The translations under genes and the position numbers were made by a program. Of a stretch of 64,000 nucleotides of DNA, positions 27,961 through 42,594 are shown piece by piece; position 1 is the stretch's first letter; every line of letters starts with the position of its first letter. This DNA is from the human T2T-CHM13v2.0 reference genome, Homo sapiens. The stretch lies in assembly GCF_009914755.1 (NCBI RefSeq), contig NC_060930.1, one strand, 5' to 3'. The notes beneath the pieces are model-generated. The model was not told the DNA's origin, did not search any database, and was given only the letters and a program-made list of their open reading frames with translations.

Positions 27961-30228
27961 CCCACATTCTATCTCTTTGGGTGGGCTTGGTCTGAAACAA
28001 AATATGGGAGATAATGAAGAATTGTCTCCCAATGGAGACAGGATCTCATGGGCCATTCCATTTTACATCACATTTGGGTTTCTCTGTATTGATAACTGAA
28101 CTCTGTGTTTTGTGTCCCAAGATGCATTTCCATTTATTCAGTGATGTTTATTGTGGATCTCTTATGTACCAGCAGATGTGCCAGATACTGGAGATATTAT
28201 GGTGAACAAAACAGATTATAGTCTCTATTTCGCTCCGCTGATAAATAAGATCAGTGGAGGTTTTCAGGCTTTTACCAAGCCATGCAAATTCTCAATGGAC
28301 TAAACTTCCAGTGATGGGAGAGTTTAGATACTCAGCCCGTAGTGCATGAATGCTGTTTACACTTTCACCACTTGCCTTATTATAATCCTTTTTCTATTAT
28401 GAATGTCTCTGTAGGAATGTTAATAGTTGACTCTGATGTTTTTAAATGCAAGAACTGCATTTGATGATGTTCTGTTTCCCTGGTGCTTTGCTATAACTTC
28501 TTATATAGGTTATTACTATGTAGGTGACATGAGAATTTGTGTGTGTGTGTTTGCCTTTAAGGGTGTCTGCTAGGGTGACTTTAAGGGTGCCCACATGTTA
28601 TTTCATTAGAAAATGACGGTTCATTCTGCTTTTCCATAGCACGATGAAATGACCAGATAATTTTTATCTGGATGTTTGCCACATCAAAAACTGAATCATT
28701 AGGCATAACATGCAAATTCTGATATTTTATCACCAGTGAATTTAACACTTCATAAAATAGATATGGTGCTTCCTATTTCTGTAAATGAAGGTGAGAGATA
28801 ACAAAACTGAAGGAAGTTTGGATTTGCAAATGACTTGGAACCACAACCACATCCTGAATACTATTTCACCACGTGTTCTTTTCAAAACAGACATAAAAAT
28901 GTGATATTTTCCTTTTTTTAGTTGCCAGAAATATGAATATGATGGCATTTCATTTCTGACAAAACATCCTAGGGTTACCTATTCCCTTCCCTGCTGCAAA
29001 ATAATGCCTTTGACTTAGTTAAACCCAGCCAATGTTTTCTTAAAGTTTGCCCCTTGATTTTAAATTCTATAAATGTATCTTTATGTATATATATTCATAC
29101 ACACACAACACATAAACTATACTCTTTATTCATTTATCCCTAAGTTATATATGCCTTGAATAGATGTTTCTATGTTGCATTCTAAGGTGCCCAAGGTGGC
29201 TTGTCAAGATGCCTTTGTAAGCGCTGACCTTTGAACCCAGGTATTATGTTTTACCAGCATTCAGCTGGGGAAGGGCCAAAGTTCAACTTTCAACTCTTAA
29301 CATGTGCTGCTTGATTTGAATTTGAAACTTGGCACTGTGTGTCCTCCTGTGCCTGGTTATTATTCTTGGAATGCAAAAAGGTACATGTTTTTGTAATTCT
29401 CTGAGGAACTTCTCTATGGCTTTTCCAGAACCTAAGTCTTATTTGGTTCCAAGGGTGAAAACTCATTTTTTAGCAGCTCTCAGACAGATGGGTGCTATTT
29501 TTGAAATCCATACAGTCTTTCCTGCTTGCTAGGTTCTATTGAATGGTCTGTGTCACTACCACAGAAATACACTTAATGCATTTGTTCTTCCCTTGCTGCT
29601 TAGAGGTCTGTAATTTCCACCCAAAACACTGAAGCAGCCCCAAAGAGGAAAGGGAGAGCTAATTCATTTGCAGGTGAACTTTAGTCAACAATTCTGAACT
29701 TCCACAGATTCCATTTCAACATTTGTTTGGAAGCTCAGGCATTATGAATAATAGGAATATGACACTTGCAACTACCAATATAGCCTAGGAGAGGAAAATA
29801 AAAGATGAAATAGATGCATATGCTATGATATTTACATCTGTTAAGTTCTTGAAAGAGTATGGATAGATTAAGGTTTAGGAAATTAAATTACATTTTAAAT
29901 GCAACCAGAAAGCATGTCAGAAAAACACTCTTGTGAAGTAAAAAACTCCTTCTTTATTTAAAGGACCACTTGGTTTATATTTTGTGATTCAATGTTTGTA
30001 GAACTATAACTTTAGCTATCTGAAACTCACCTATTCTGTAACTCCTCTTATTCGGAAAATAACCCAGAGACACAAAATAAGCAAAAGGTATTGCCACAGG
30101 CTAAAAGCAATATCACAATGTTTGTGCACTAAAGCCCAGGAACTTGACTTCGAGGCCAGCCCATTTCAAGACCTGTTCATTATTAGTTCACACACATTTC
30201 CAAAAACTAGCTATCTTCATCTGTTATT

Positions 30229-30619
30229 TGTATTAGTTTTCTCCAGGCTGTTCTAACAAATACTATAGACTGGGTGAATTAAACAATATAAATTAATTTC
30301 TTCCCAGTTGTGGAGGCTGGAGGCCCAAGATCAGGGTGTCTGCAGGGTTGGTTTCACTCTGAGGCCATTTTCCTTGACAGCCTTCTTCCTGTGTATTCAT
30401 ATGGTATTTATTCTATGCATGTACATGTCTGCATCTATATTTCCTCTTCTTATTAAGGACACTAGTCATGTTGCATTAGGGCCCACTCTCAAGATCTCAT
30501 TTTAATTTAATTACCCCTTTAATGACCTTATTTCCAAATATGGTTATATGCTAAGGAACTGGGGGTAAAACTTCCACATATAAGTTTAGGAGGAAGGATA
30601 CAGTTCAGGCCTGAATACA
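30229..30619 (-). mobile_element. MLT1B-type MaLR LTR
   Basis: tgtattagtttt...ggaggctggaggcccaagatcagggtgtctgcagggttgg...taaggacactagtcat...ttagggcccac. Confidence 0.87.
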
Positions 30620-32322
30620 GCAGCTTTGAAGAAGAAAACAGAAGCAGTGACTGAAGAAAGGGCATTAGTCAAGTATGCTAGTAACAGCAATAAGCAATTG
30701 CCCAAAGAAAAAAAAAAGAGATAGCAAATTTAATTTAAAAGCTTATATGAGTATATTGAAAAGCACAAAAACCGGTGTTAAATATCTTTGCATCTCTCAG
30801 CAGGTCCTAAGGTCATGTTGGTATAACTGCAGAATTAAAACTAAGACATCAAGTAAAGGTAAACTGTTCATCATATAGAAGTAGCAAGTTCCCATAGAAT
30901 GACAGATGGGAGCTTAAGCCCCAACATTGTCACTTGGATGTCACTTAAACTCTCTGTTTGTTTTCTCATTCGTATCTTGAGAATAAAAATATCTGTGCAA
31001 ATACCAGAGGTAAAGAAGTCACCTATGGGTACTTCATAAACATAAGCATTCTCCACAGAATAAGCTCTTAGATCCAAGAAGGCATGAAAATATGTATTAC
31101 AATTAAATAAAATTTAGATTTGCATATCAAATTATCAAACAGGAAAAATTTTTAATTTTTACCGAGTTATACCCTCAATTATCTGGAAAACTGATTTTTA
31201 TAAATAAGCTGAGTCAATATCTAAGATTTCCCTAAACTAAGAACTTATTGCAAATAAATTTTTTAAGGCAGAGCATAATTACTTGTTAAAATAATCAAAT
31301 GAGGTACTTCTGGCTATATCATCCTGTATCCAAATCCAAGAAATAGAAGATGTAGGAAGTAACATACAGCTGAAAAAGCTCTGCTCTGTAACTCAAAGGA
31401 ATTGGATTCTCACTGGAACATTGCAACTACTGTTAATTTTGTTTTTTCTGGGTCCTTTTCCATGCCTTTAAAAGAAAGCTATAAAACCAGATGGTTTCCA
31501 TGATGCCTTCTAATACTAAAATTTTATGAAAACTCATTTCTAATTCCTTTGTTCTCACTTTATAGAATTGGGGAAAATCTAAAAAAGACATCGCCTCCAT
31601 TCACTTATCACTTCCAATTACCCTTCACCAGTTTGTGGAGAATGTGGAATACCAGGAAGCCTGGTCTCCACCTACACAGCCAGCTGTCTTGTTATGGCAA
31701 CCTTGACTCTCTGAATTGAGTCTTAGATATCTGGTCCTTGGGTAGGGACTTTCAGGAAAACACATGATTGTCATATCTAAATCTGATAATGGGTAGGTTG
31801 CCATCTTAAGCTGTTAAGTCCTCCTCAGCAAGGCACCAGACCCTGCCCTCTGTCAGAGGCATGCTAATCTCTGATATTCAGAAACAACCAGATGATCTGA
31901 CAAGTCATTGCATGCATATAGATTGTGTCAAGAAAAACATGCCTTTAAATGCTGTCAGCAATTTAGTAACCACAGAAACCCAGCATCCCCAGTCATTCTC
32001 TTTGTCTAAAGTCCTGAGAAGAAAGTCCTTATCCTAGATGGAAGCACACCTACAAGATCCTCTTGGCTTGAAGACAATAAGAAGCTACCAGGTGTTAGAA
32101 AATAAGTTGTTCAATCCCTCCACCTAACGGACCTAAGAATTTGAGGTTGGTAACAGAAATGGTTAACAAGTATTTTCTCAGGCTCTAAGGGATACCAGAT
32201 CTCAACTTTCACAGAGGTTACAACCCAAGAGTGAAAGAATAGCTTGAATTGATTTAAGCTGATATCGGGGATTTAGGAAACAGGGCCAATGCTTTTCTAA
32301 TAGAACCTATAGTACAGATTTT

Positions 32323-32585
32323 TAATTTTTTAATTGGCACATTCTAATTGTATATATTGATAGGGGTACAATGTGATGTTTTGATACATATATAGGTTGT
32401 AAAATAATCAACTCAGGGTAGCGTATTCATCACTTCATGTATTTATTATTTCTATGTGGTAAGAACATCCAAATGCCTCTCTTCTAACTATTTTGTGAAA
32501 CACAATACCTGACTGTTAGCCATAGTCGCCCTGCTATGCAATAGAACACCAGAGCTTATTCCTCTGAGATAATTGTAACTTTAAG
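32323..32585 (-). mobile_element. 5'-truncated L1MA 3' end
   Basis: ggggtacaatgtgatgttttgatacat...gcaatagaacaccagagcttattcctc; 12-bp TSD agtacagatttt at 32311 and 32586. Confidence 0.88.
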
Positions 32586-32719
32586 AGTACAGATTTTGAA
32601 CTCCCAAAGGCAATTCAAATTTAACGTATCAGCAAACAAACTCATTATTCACAACCTCCTGAAGAAGATTTCTCTTCTTAATCACCCAAGGCAAAATGTA
32701 AACCTCTTCTATGCAATCA

Positions 32720-33000
32720 GTAACTAGGATGGACCTACTGATTCCATCCCCTAGGTATTTCTGAAGTCCATTCCATTCTCCTGTTTTCAGTATCATCACC
32801 CTAGTTAACAGCTTTGCTTTGCCTCTAGTCTTACCAACCTCTAAATTATCCTTTACACAATCAACAGAGCATCTAAATAAAATGCAAATTTAACCACATC
32901 ACTCCTATGCCTAAAACTCCTCAATAGTTCCCCATTTTCTGCGATAAAAGCTCAAGCTCCATAGAAGGACACAGACAGCTGTCCATTACCTGAGCCCTTA
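32720..33000 (+). mobile_element. L2 fragment
   Basis: aaatgcaaatttaaccacatcactcctatgcctaaaactcctcaatagttcccc. Confidence 0.6.
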
Positions 33001-33708
33001 GATATGGCCACTCCATCCATTTCCTTCCCATTTTCCATTTCCAACCTCCCATTCTGGCTTTATGACATATTGATACCAGCCCATTAATGTTTCTTTACAC
33101 ATTGCTTTAACATGCTTCATCTTAGAAATGCAACATAACTTTTATAGCTTAAGTATCTTATAGCAATTTCATTTATTTTCAGGAACAAATAAGTTCTGGA
33201 TGAGTTTAAATGGTAAAAGCCATTTCTTTCACTGGATCATTATTTATTAAGCCAAGTATTTAGGTTTTAGGACTTTGCAATGAAGATAGAACCCTAGATT
33301 AAAGAAAGGTAACAGCAACCTTTATAGGCCAGTAAACTGTTTTCCACTATCATAATCTTTTTTCACCATACCAGGCGAAGTGACAGTGAGTAAGATAAAT
33401 TGATTTATAGAGTACATGTTTAGAAAAAGTAGACCAACCAAGTAATAGTTTTTAATAAGCCTAGTTTAGTGTAGAGGCTTTCTCTCCATAAGCATAAGCA
33501 TCACCAATATTGGGGTGAAATGGGGGAGGTGGTGGAAGGAACATGAGCTACTGTCCATGGTCCTGATACAAAAATACGCATTATGACATGGCTGTTCTCT
33601 GTGAGCCATGTGCCTTCTTCCCTGTTTCTATCACCCTTCAGCACCCAAGAGTCATATCAGTATGGCTAGCTGTAGTTTGTTGAGTGAGTCAGTGGTTTAA
33701 GTGAGTTC

Positions 33709-34161
33709 TGTTATGGATTGAATCATGTGTCCCAAAAAGATACTGTGAAGTCCTAAACTCTAGAACGTGTAAATGTGACCTCCTACAGAAATAGTCTTTG
33801 CAGATGTAATCAGAAATACAGTGAGATCACCTTGGATTATGTTGGCTCTGATTCAGTGACTGGTATTGTTATAGGAGGAGGAGAATTTGGACACAGACAT
33901 ACGGGGAAGGCCATGAGAATTAGAAGAAGAGATCGGAGTGATGCATCTATAAGCCAAGTAGCACCAAGGATTGCTGGCAGCAGCAGAAACTAGAGGAGAA
34001 AAGGAAGGGTTCCTTCCCTAGAGCTGCCAGAGAACAGATGTCTTTACCAACACCTTGATTTCAGACTTTTATCCTCTAGAACTATGAGAAAGTAGACTTC
34101 TGGTGTTCTAAGTGACCCAGCCTGTGGTAGTTTATTAGGGCAGCCCTAAGAAACTAACAGA
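33709..34161 (+). mobile_element. MLT1C-type MaLR LTR
   Basis: tgttatggattgaatc...ggagtgatgcatctataagccaag...caacaccttgatttcagact...cagccctaagaaactaaca. Confidence 0.88.
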
Positions 34162-34308
34162 AGGACACTATAAATACCCCTTTGAATTTTTTATTTTGGT
34201 GTCATTTTATAGCCCTAAACATTAGCTAATTATCTTTCATCAAAATTTATGTTTTAGTGTATTTATTATTATGTATAAACGATAATACTGCTCAGAACCA
34301 AAATATAA

Positions 34309-34831
<523 letters not shown>

Positions 34832-36339
34832 TTAAGCATTTCTCTAAAAATTAGTAGTGGTTAATATATCTACTTACTATTTTGTGACATTGTTAGATAA
34901 ATAAATAATAAGAATTGTCTCTCAAGTATCTTTCAGGTCCCTCCTGCACTAGGGGAGAGACTGGTGAAACAGATGCCAGGCAGAAAGGGTGGGATGGTGG
35001 ACACACCCTACTTTGCAAATTGTTAACGTCTCTCATGACTTTGTTCCTTCTGACTGCAGTGATAACAGTCTAGTTTCTCCCCCGCACGCATGCATTCAGA
35101 GGCCAAGAAGGCTATCATTTTGTTACTTATGAGAACCTAGAAGAATTTCAGTCTTCTCATCTGGGGTGTGTATGTGACCAAGAGGCGTGTGCCCAAAGCT
35201 CTGCTTACTGATGTTATCAAGACATCCTATAGAGGATACTGTTGAAGAGTTTCCTGTTCATTTAGAACAGAACAGCCAGATTGAGTTTTCAGACAATGTA
35301 GTTGGGAGAGGTGATGCTGACAGGCAGCACGTTAACTCAGAAAAAGTCATTTGCATGATTGACTACAGGGTATCTAATTCTTAGATTGTTTTTACTCCTT
35401 TTTATTTTTTTTAAGGGAGTGGTCTTTGTTCCCCTTGTGATTTTCCTATGGATTTTAAAACACATTGTCTTACCCAGTGTAAATACAGAAGATGTCTCCA
35501 GGGAACAACTTCCTCAGATGAATTTTCTGTGTGAATTTTGGAACTGGCATCCAAGTCCATTACGTAGACAGATTGACTTCAGAGGAGTTGCTGTCAGGTT
35601 GGGGTGCCAGCTTATTAGAATCTGAACTCCCATAAGACTTATGTATGTCATGTCTATCATTTGCAAACATACACAGTGAAATCTTGAACTTTATTCAAGA
35701 TTACCTTCACTGTAGCTCATTGGAATTGGTAGTGTTTGAAAATAATTGGCTCTGACTTATGAGATGTCACTCTAGAATCTTACTCTTTTCCTTAAGCCTC
35801 TGTGGATAAGTAAAATAATTATTTTCTCTCCAAAAATGTTTGCTGGGTGAACAAATGACTTGTTTAATAGAATTGTTTCTGTGTCTCTTGTTTGAGTATG
35901 GAGTATTCTTTTGATGTTTGTATGATTGTGGCTTCCAGATCAAGCTAAAAAAATCATGTCTTAAGAGCAATAAATTCTGTTTCTATCAGTCATTTTTCTA
36001 AGTTAAAGAACTCACCATAATATTCTTTTGTTCAAAAGTCTTTGAATTGTTGACTCAGCTACTGAAATGCTTTGCCACTTAACATCTCACTTTGTTTGAT
36101 CTTTCCCATCTATATAATCAGCAGCACAATGTATGCTGTCCCTTACATTAGAAAGTGACTGTCCCCAAGGGGAAAACGATTTGTGTATAATGACACAGCA
36201 CATGCTCTGGGATAAGACAAGTAAGAAAATAAGTCTTACCTGATTGCCAGGAAGGGGTACCTTGAAAACCACTTACATGTTCTTTAATAATGATAGAGCT
36301 CATAAGCTTAGTGTGGGATGGATATCCAGGAGATTGTAA

Positions 36340-36700
36340 AACGATTTGATTCTTGATTGAGTTTCAGCAAGGCATATTGACAAACTTGTATAATATGCTT
36401 GTAGACAAGATAGAGACTCTCGTACACACTGATTTACATGTGGGCTGTATTCAAAGAAGCATAATACTCATAACAAGGTACATATTTGTTCCTCCCAGAT
36501 TTGCCTTCGCATATCATTCTTGGGGCTGTGGTGGTGCCATGCTTTACAAAGAAATTGAGTACTTGGAATGTGTCCAGAAAAGAGAAACTAGAATGATTAG
36601 AAGATTCAAATTTGAGTCATTGAAAGGAAGGCTGAGTAAATTCAGAATATTTTTCATGGATGACAGCAGACATGAAAAGAAGGTAAAATGCTGAACAGTA
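36340..36700 (+). mobile_element. CR1/L3 LINE reverse-transcriptase remnant
   Basis: ORF 36353-36694 contains KEIEYLECVQKRETRMIRRF..SLKGRLSKFRIF, resembling the CR1 ORF2 C-terminal KDIxxLERVQRRATKMIxGL..YEERLxxLGLFS; tttcagcaaggcatattgac resembles the DFSKAFD motif. Confidence 0.75.
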
Positions 36701-36761
36701 TGGTGGGTCAATATATTGAAGAAGGGTTAATACTCTATGTGGCTTTTTTGATTTAAAAAGG

Positions 36762-36960
36762 CAGCAGGGGACAGAAGGAAAAAGTAAGAGCCTAGAAGTC
36801 AGAACTGGGTTTATTGTCATATCACTTTCTAGCCATGTGGGGCTGGACAAATTGTTTAACCTGTCTGAATTTTAATTTCATGATCTATAAAGGGAGGATA
36901 ATTGTGCCTACCTTGAGAAGATTAAAAGACAGGTATTAAAACATGTAGTAGGTACTATTA
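36762..36960 (+). mobile_element. MIR
   Basis: tagaagtcagaactgggtt...ggacaaattgtttaacctgtctg...tctataaagggaggataat. Confidence 0.65.
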
Positions 36961-37032
36961 TTTCAAAGAATTAGAACTAATGTCTAGAAGGTCCTGGGAA
37001 GTAATTTTGCTCCACTATAAAGAAGAGCTTTC

Positions 37033-37504
<472 letters not shown>

Positions 37505-38787
37505 TTAAAGAAAAGCATCCTTAATTCTGATCTACTTCGTTGGTTGCTAATTCAACCTTGTCGAAAGAATTTTTTCATTTATTCATAATTTGGATTTGTT
37601 AGTTTATTTTAGCCAGTTATGCCTGCAAATGTATTTCTTTTAATACAAGATCAGTGACTCTCACCCAATCAAATGACTATAGACTAAGAAGAGTGTTCAT
37701 TTCTCCTAAACTTAGAATTCAGAAATCAGTTGAATTGCTCCAAACCAAATATACACTGTTTTCTCCATGGGGAATTATTGCCTCTTAAGAAAATAAAACT
37801 GAATGTGGGAATACATCATTTTTTATTTTCAGAAACAAAATGAAAACTCAACTTTATATTACCTTAAAGGAAATGTATAAATGATTATGTATGAGGTACA
37901 GAGAGTCCCAGCAGAACATTGAATCTAAGTTATAACACCATCAAGACATGCACGTGTAATTTATGTGCCATTAAGGATACTTACATGAATTTCATTAATA
38001 TTAAAATATAAATTGTTGCTAACTCTGTGAGGATAAACTATCTTTCTTTAGTGACTTTTAAAAACCATCCTGGGTGCATAATGAGAACTATTGAGAGAAT
38101 CAAGATTCTATGTACACAAATTAATGTGTGTAATCACCCACTGTTGGCTGCTTATATTATTGTCCAAGTCAACACATATTGATAAATTAAAGCAGTATGT
38201 ATATAACTAATACACTGTAGAGAGGCAACATAGTGGGTTTTTAAAAAGACTCTAAGGGTTTTGTTAAATGCAATACAAAGGGTGATTCTAAAACATGGTC
38301 AAGGTTAGAAATCATCCAACCCTAAAGGATTGGACATTTAAAATTTCTTTCTTGACAGTGAATTTATTCTCCCAAATAATGTGTATTTTAAAAGCTTTGG
38401 GAAACATACCCAGAGATCAAAACAATTTCATCATTGCATTTTCCTCTAAATAATGTAAGATGAAACGAATTAGATGAATTTTCCCTGTAACAGGGAAAGT
38501 CATCGTATTTTCTCCTCTCAAATAGGAATTGACTGAAAATCAATTGAGACATCCCCTTGGCCGACAAGTTGGTCTTTCCAAAGAAATTTTTGAAATTCTT
38601 TGAGATTAGGTGAGCCCCATTTCTCAAGTGCCTCAGGTAAGGAGAATCACTCTTAGGTATGAACAGATAAATCAATCTCTGCATTATCCTGTTCTGCCTA
38701 TTGTGCAAATGTGTCAATCATTCCCTTAGAAAGCAAACACTTGAAAACAGGAGTAAAATTCTTGTGAGCATTACATAACATCTATGG

Positions 38788-38835
38788 AGATAGGTAGGTA
38801 GGTAGGTAGATAGATAGATAGACAGATAGATAGAT
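38788..38835. repeat. Compound (TAGG)n(TAGA)n microsatellite
   Basis: taggtaggtaggtaggtagatagatagatagacagatagatagat. Confidence 0.95.
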
Positions 38836-39149
38836 GTCTCATCAGTTTCCTTAAACTTTAAGAAATGTTATTTTAATCAAAGCAAAAGAGAAATTTGCTC
38901 TCTCTTTCATAGGTGCTTCAGGAAGCTATGAGTGGCTCACTTTGAGGTTTGTGAGTATGTGTGTGATACTTCTCCAAATTCAAAAGTGATTTTGAGTTTA
39001 GAGAAGTTAAATAATTCTGCCATGCATACAACAAAGGTGCTAAGTGGTAGAGCTAGAGCTCAAACCCAAGTGAGATCATCTAGACACACTCTCCTTGTTT
39101 TTCTCTGGAAAGCACACTCTCTCCTCTGAAAACATTCCCAGCCCCTTTT

Positions 39150-39610
39150 CTGACTGCATTTCCTCTGTTTCACTTCTAAACATCGGGTTCCTTGGGGCTG
39201 TGGACTGGACCTTCTTCTCTGCGTATGCTCCTTACCTGGGCAACCTCATCTCTTCCCACACACATAAATACCAGCGGAATGTTGACGGTTCCCAATTTTC
39301 ATCTCTACTTCACACATCTATTTTGAGTTATAGACTTACACATTCAAATGTCTTCTAGTCACCTCATACTTAAAATTTTCTAAGTTTGATTTCTCCACAA
39401 ACCAAAATCCACCATCTCCAATTTTTCCATCTCAATACATGGTGCTGCTACCCACATAACGCTCATGACGTGAGCCAAGAAGTTACTGCTGATTTGTCTG
39501 TGTTACCACATTCAACCCACCACTATGTTTTGTTGAAATATTTCCTAAATAATCCTTTGAGTTCATCCACTTCTCTCCATCTCCTAGTGATTAGCACCAG
39601 AAAAGCAGCT
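39150..39610 (+). mobile_element. L2 fragment
   Basis: ccttacctgggcaacctcatctcttccc...gttgacggttcccaattttcatctc...ttccatctcaatacatggtg. Confidence 0.65.
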
Positions 39611-40440
39611 GCTGAATCAAAGCAGCTGAGGAGAATCATCTCATCATGAAAAAGATGTAATGGGTCCTACTTCCCATCCTCTGGGAATCCATCATCATGC
39701 ATTTGCTCATTTCTGTCAAGAACTTGCCTTCCCTGCTTTGAAAAATTTAAAAGTGTCTTCAATTTTATGAAGGAAATAATAATTTAAGACTTTTTTCTTC
39801 CTCCTAATGCCTCTTCTTCCTTTCCCTCTGCAGGATTTTCTGTGCTTTCTAGAAGCCCTTTCAAATTCTTGCTGGGGCCTTTTTCTCAAGGGCTTCTCTT
39901 TGTCTAGGCAGTTCTCAAATTCAGGTTCCAGGGGACTTCATTTTTAAATTAGTGTTGTTTAGATGTGAACATATTTTATATAACCAGGCATGTGAACACA
40001 TTTTATTTGAGGACTTTATTTTCAAAATATCATAAAGTGGTATTCTTCCACTAGGGAAGGGAGAGGGCAAAAAAAAAAAAGCTATATTAGCATCTTTAAG
40101 TCTCAAGGTTTTGCCTCAGGAGAAAAACACTATAATCAAGCTTTGAAAATATCAGACAAGCTCTCTCTATTCCCCAGTAACATCCACCCCTGCAGCTGGC
40201 CTTTCATGCTTGGAGACAGCAGTACATATGAGAAATGAATATTACACACACCTGATAGTAGCCAGGTTTCCTCTCTGAAAGGGATGGCCTGCAGAGAGGA
40301 GAACCAGAATAGATGTTGATCTAGATGCTGATCTGAACCTTGACAGAAAGAGCTAGTGCTTTTTGTTTCCATCAAACAGTTTTCATTTTGCTTTAGCTAG
40401 GCTGATTTCACGAGCAGTCTTACAATACCTGTGACATTTA

Positions 40441-40768
<328 letters not shown>

Positions 40769-40854
40769 TGACACTTTAGAGAAAGATTTTTTTAAATTAT
40801 TACAACTCTGTTTTAAGGATGGTGTGGTTTTACAGCTTCAAAAAATAAATATCA

Positions 40855-41150
<296 letters not shown>

Positions 41151-41166
41151 TCAAAGGATCAGCTTC

Positions 41167-41450
41167 TGAGAATGAAATTTGAGGCTTAACATGGATTTGT
41201 ATCAAGGTCTTCAGGCATCCTCTTGCAGCCCTGGGAAGTGACAGGAATTACAAAGTGAAAAAATGGGTTTTTTATATGTTTTATATGAAACAGTATCTCT
41301 AACAGAGTTCTCATTAAGCCTACCTCTCATTATTTGGTTAAATATTGTCCTGCATTATTACGTGACAATGTTTGTGTTCAATATAAGGCAGGAGGAAATT
41401 TGTTTTTTTTTTTCTTTTAAAGGAAAAGTTATAATATTTGACAATCAAAA
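41167..41450 (+). repeat. Local direct duplication, copy 1 (~285 bp)
   Basis: Aligns end to end with 42309-42594. Confidence 0.92.
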
Positions 41451-41469
41451 TGTTAGAACCAGACCAAGG

Positions 41470-41830
41470 GAGGCAAATAGAGCTCATAGGTTTGGAACTC
41501 AGGGACACACTTTGCCACTTACTAGTTGTATGCACTTGAGCAGGTCACTTGAACCTCATCTTTTAAATGAAGATTTTTTATCATTCAAAAATTTCATTGA
41601 GTATCTATTATGTGCCAGATACTCAATGTGGTGGACTGGAGTGAGGGTGATGATGGAGGTATGGTGCGAAACGCAACAGACAGGAAGACAAATGTGTTTT
41701 CTGTTTTTACAAACTTAGTTTAGTGATGGGAGATATTAAACAAATAACCAAGAAATTAGGTAACACAGTTGTGGTTAGAACTATAAATGAACAGAACAGA
41801 ACAGGCTAAAATGAAGCACCTGTTACTAGG
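41470..41830. mobile_element. MIR (+) followed by L2 3' end (-)
   Basis: gccacttactagttgtatgcacttgagcaggtcacttgaacctc; tcattcaaaaatttcattgagtatctattatgtgccag. Confidence 0.65.
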
Positions 41831-41858
41831 GTTAACCTGATACAATCAATAGTTTCTC

Positions 41859-42299
41859 TGCTAGGCTCAATAATGACCCCTTCCCCACCCCCTACAAAAG
41901 GTGCCTATGCCCTAATCGTTGGGACCAGCGAGTGTTATTTTCTATGGCAAAGACTTTGAAGACATGACTAAGTTAAATCTCTTCAGATTGGCCTAAATGT
42001 AATCACAAGCATTCTTATCAGACAGAGGCAGAAGATGACAGACAGAAGAGGAAGAGGCAATGTAATCATAGAGGCAGAGACTGGAGTGATGGGGTCACAG
42101 CCAAGGAATGCTGGAGCCATCAGATACCGGAGGAGGCAAAGAATGGATTCTCCCCCAGAACCTCTGCAGACTCTTGATTTTAGCCTAGTAAAACTGGTGC
42201 TGTCCTCCTACCCTCCAGAACTACGAGATCTTGAGTCTCTGTTGTTTAAAGCACCAAGTTTGTGATCATCTGTTACAGCAGCCATAGGAAACTCACACA
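41859..42299 (+). mobile_element. MLT1D-type MaLR LTR
   Basis: aataatgacccc...aatgtaatcacaag...agccaaggaatgc...tgttacagcagccataggaaactcacaca; 5-bp TSD-like ttctc/gtctc. Confidence 0.88.
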
Positions 42300-42308
42300 G
42301 TCTCCACG

Positions 42309-42594
42309 TGAGAATGAAAGTTGAGACTTAACATGGATTTGTATCAAGGTCTCCAGGCATCCTCTTGCAGCCCTGGGAATTGACAGGAATCGCAAAGTGA
42401 AAAATGGGTTTTTATAGATGTGTTGTAGGCAACAGTATCTCTAACAGAGTTCTCATTAAGCCCACCTCTTATCATTACATGGTTGAATACTTCCCTGCAT
42501 TATTACCTGACAATGTTTGTGTTCAGTATAAGGCAGGAGGAAATTTGTGGGTTTTTTCTTTTAAAGGAAAAGTTATGACATTTGAGAATTAAAT
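42309..42594 (+). repeat. Local direct duplication, copy 2 (~285 bp)
   Basis: Aligns end to end with 41167-41450. Confidence 0.92.

Noticed and set aside
41263-42592. Two ORFs both starting MGF as a duplicated gene pair
   Set aside because: They come from the 285-bp duplication, go out of frame relative to each other and share little peptide sequence. The first runs into MIR/L2.
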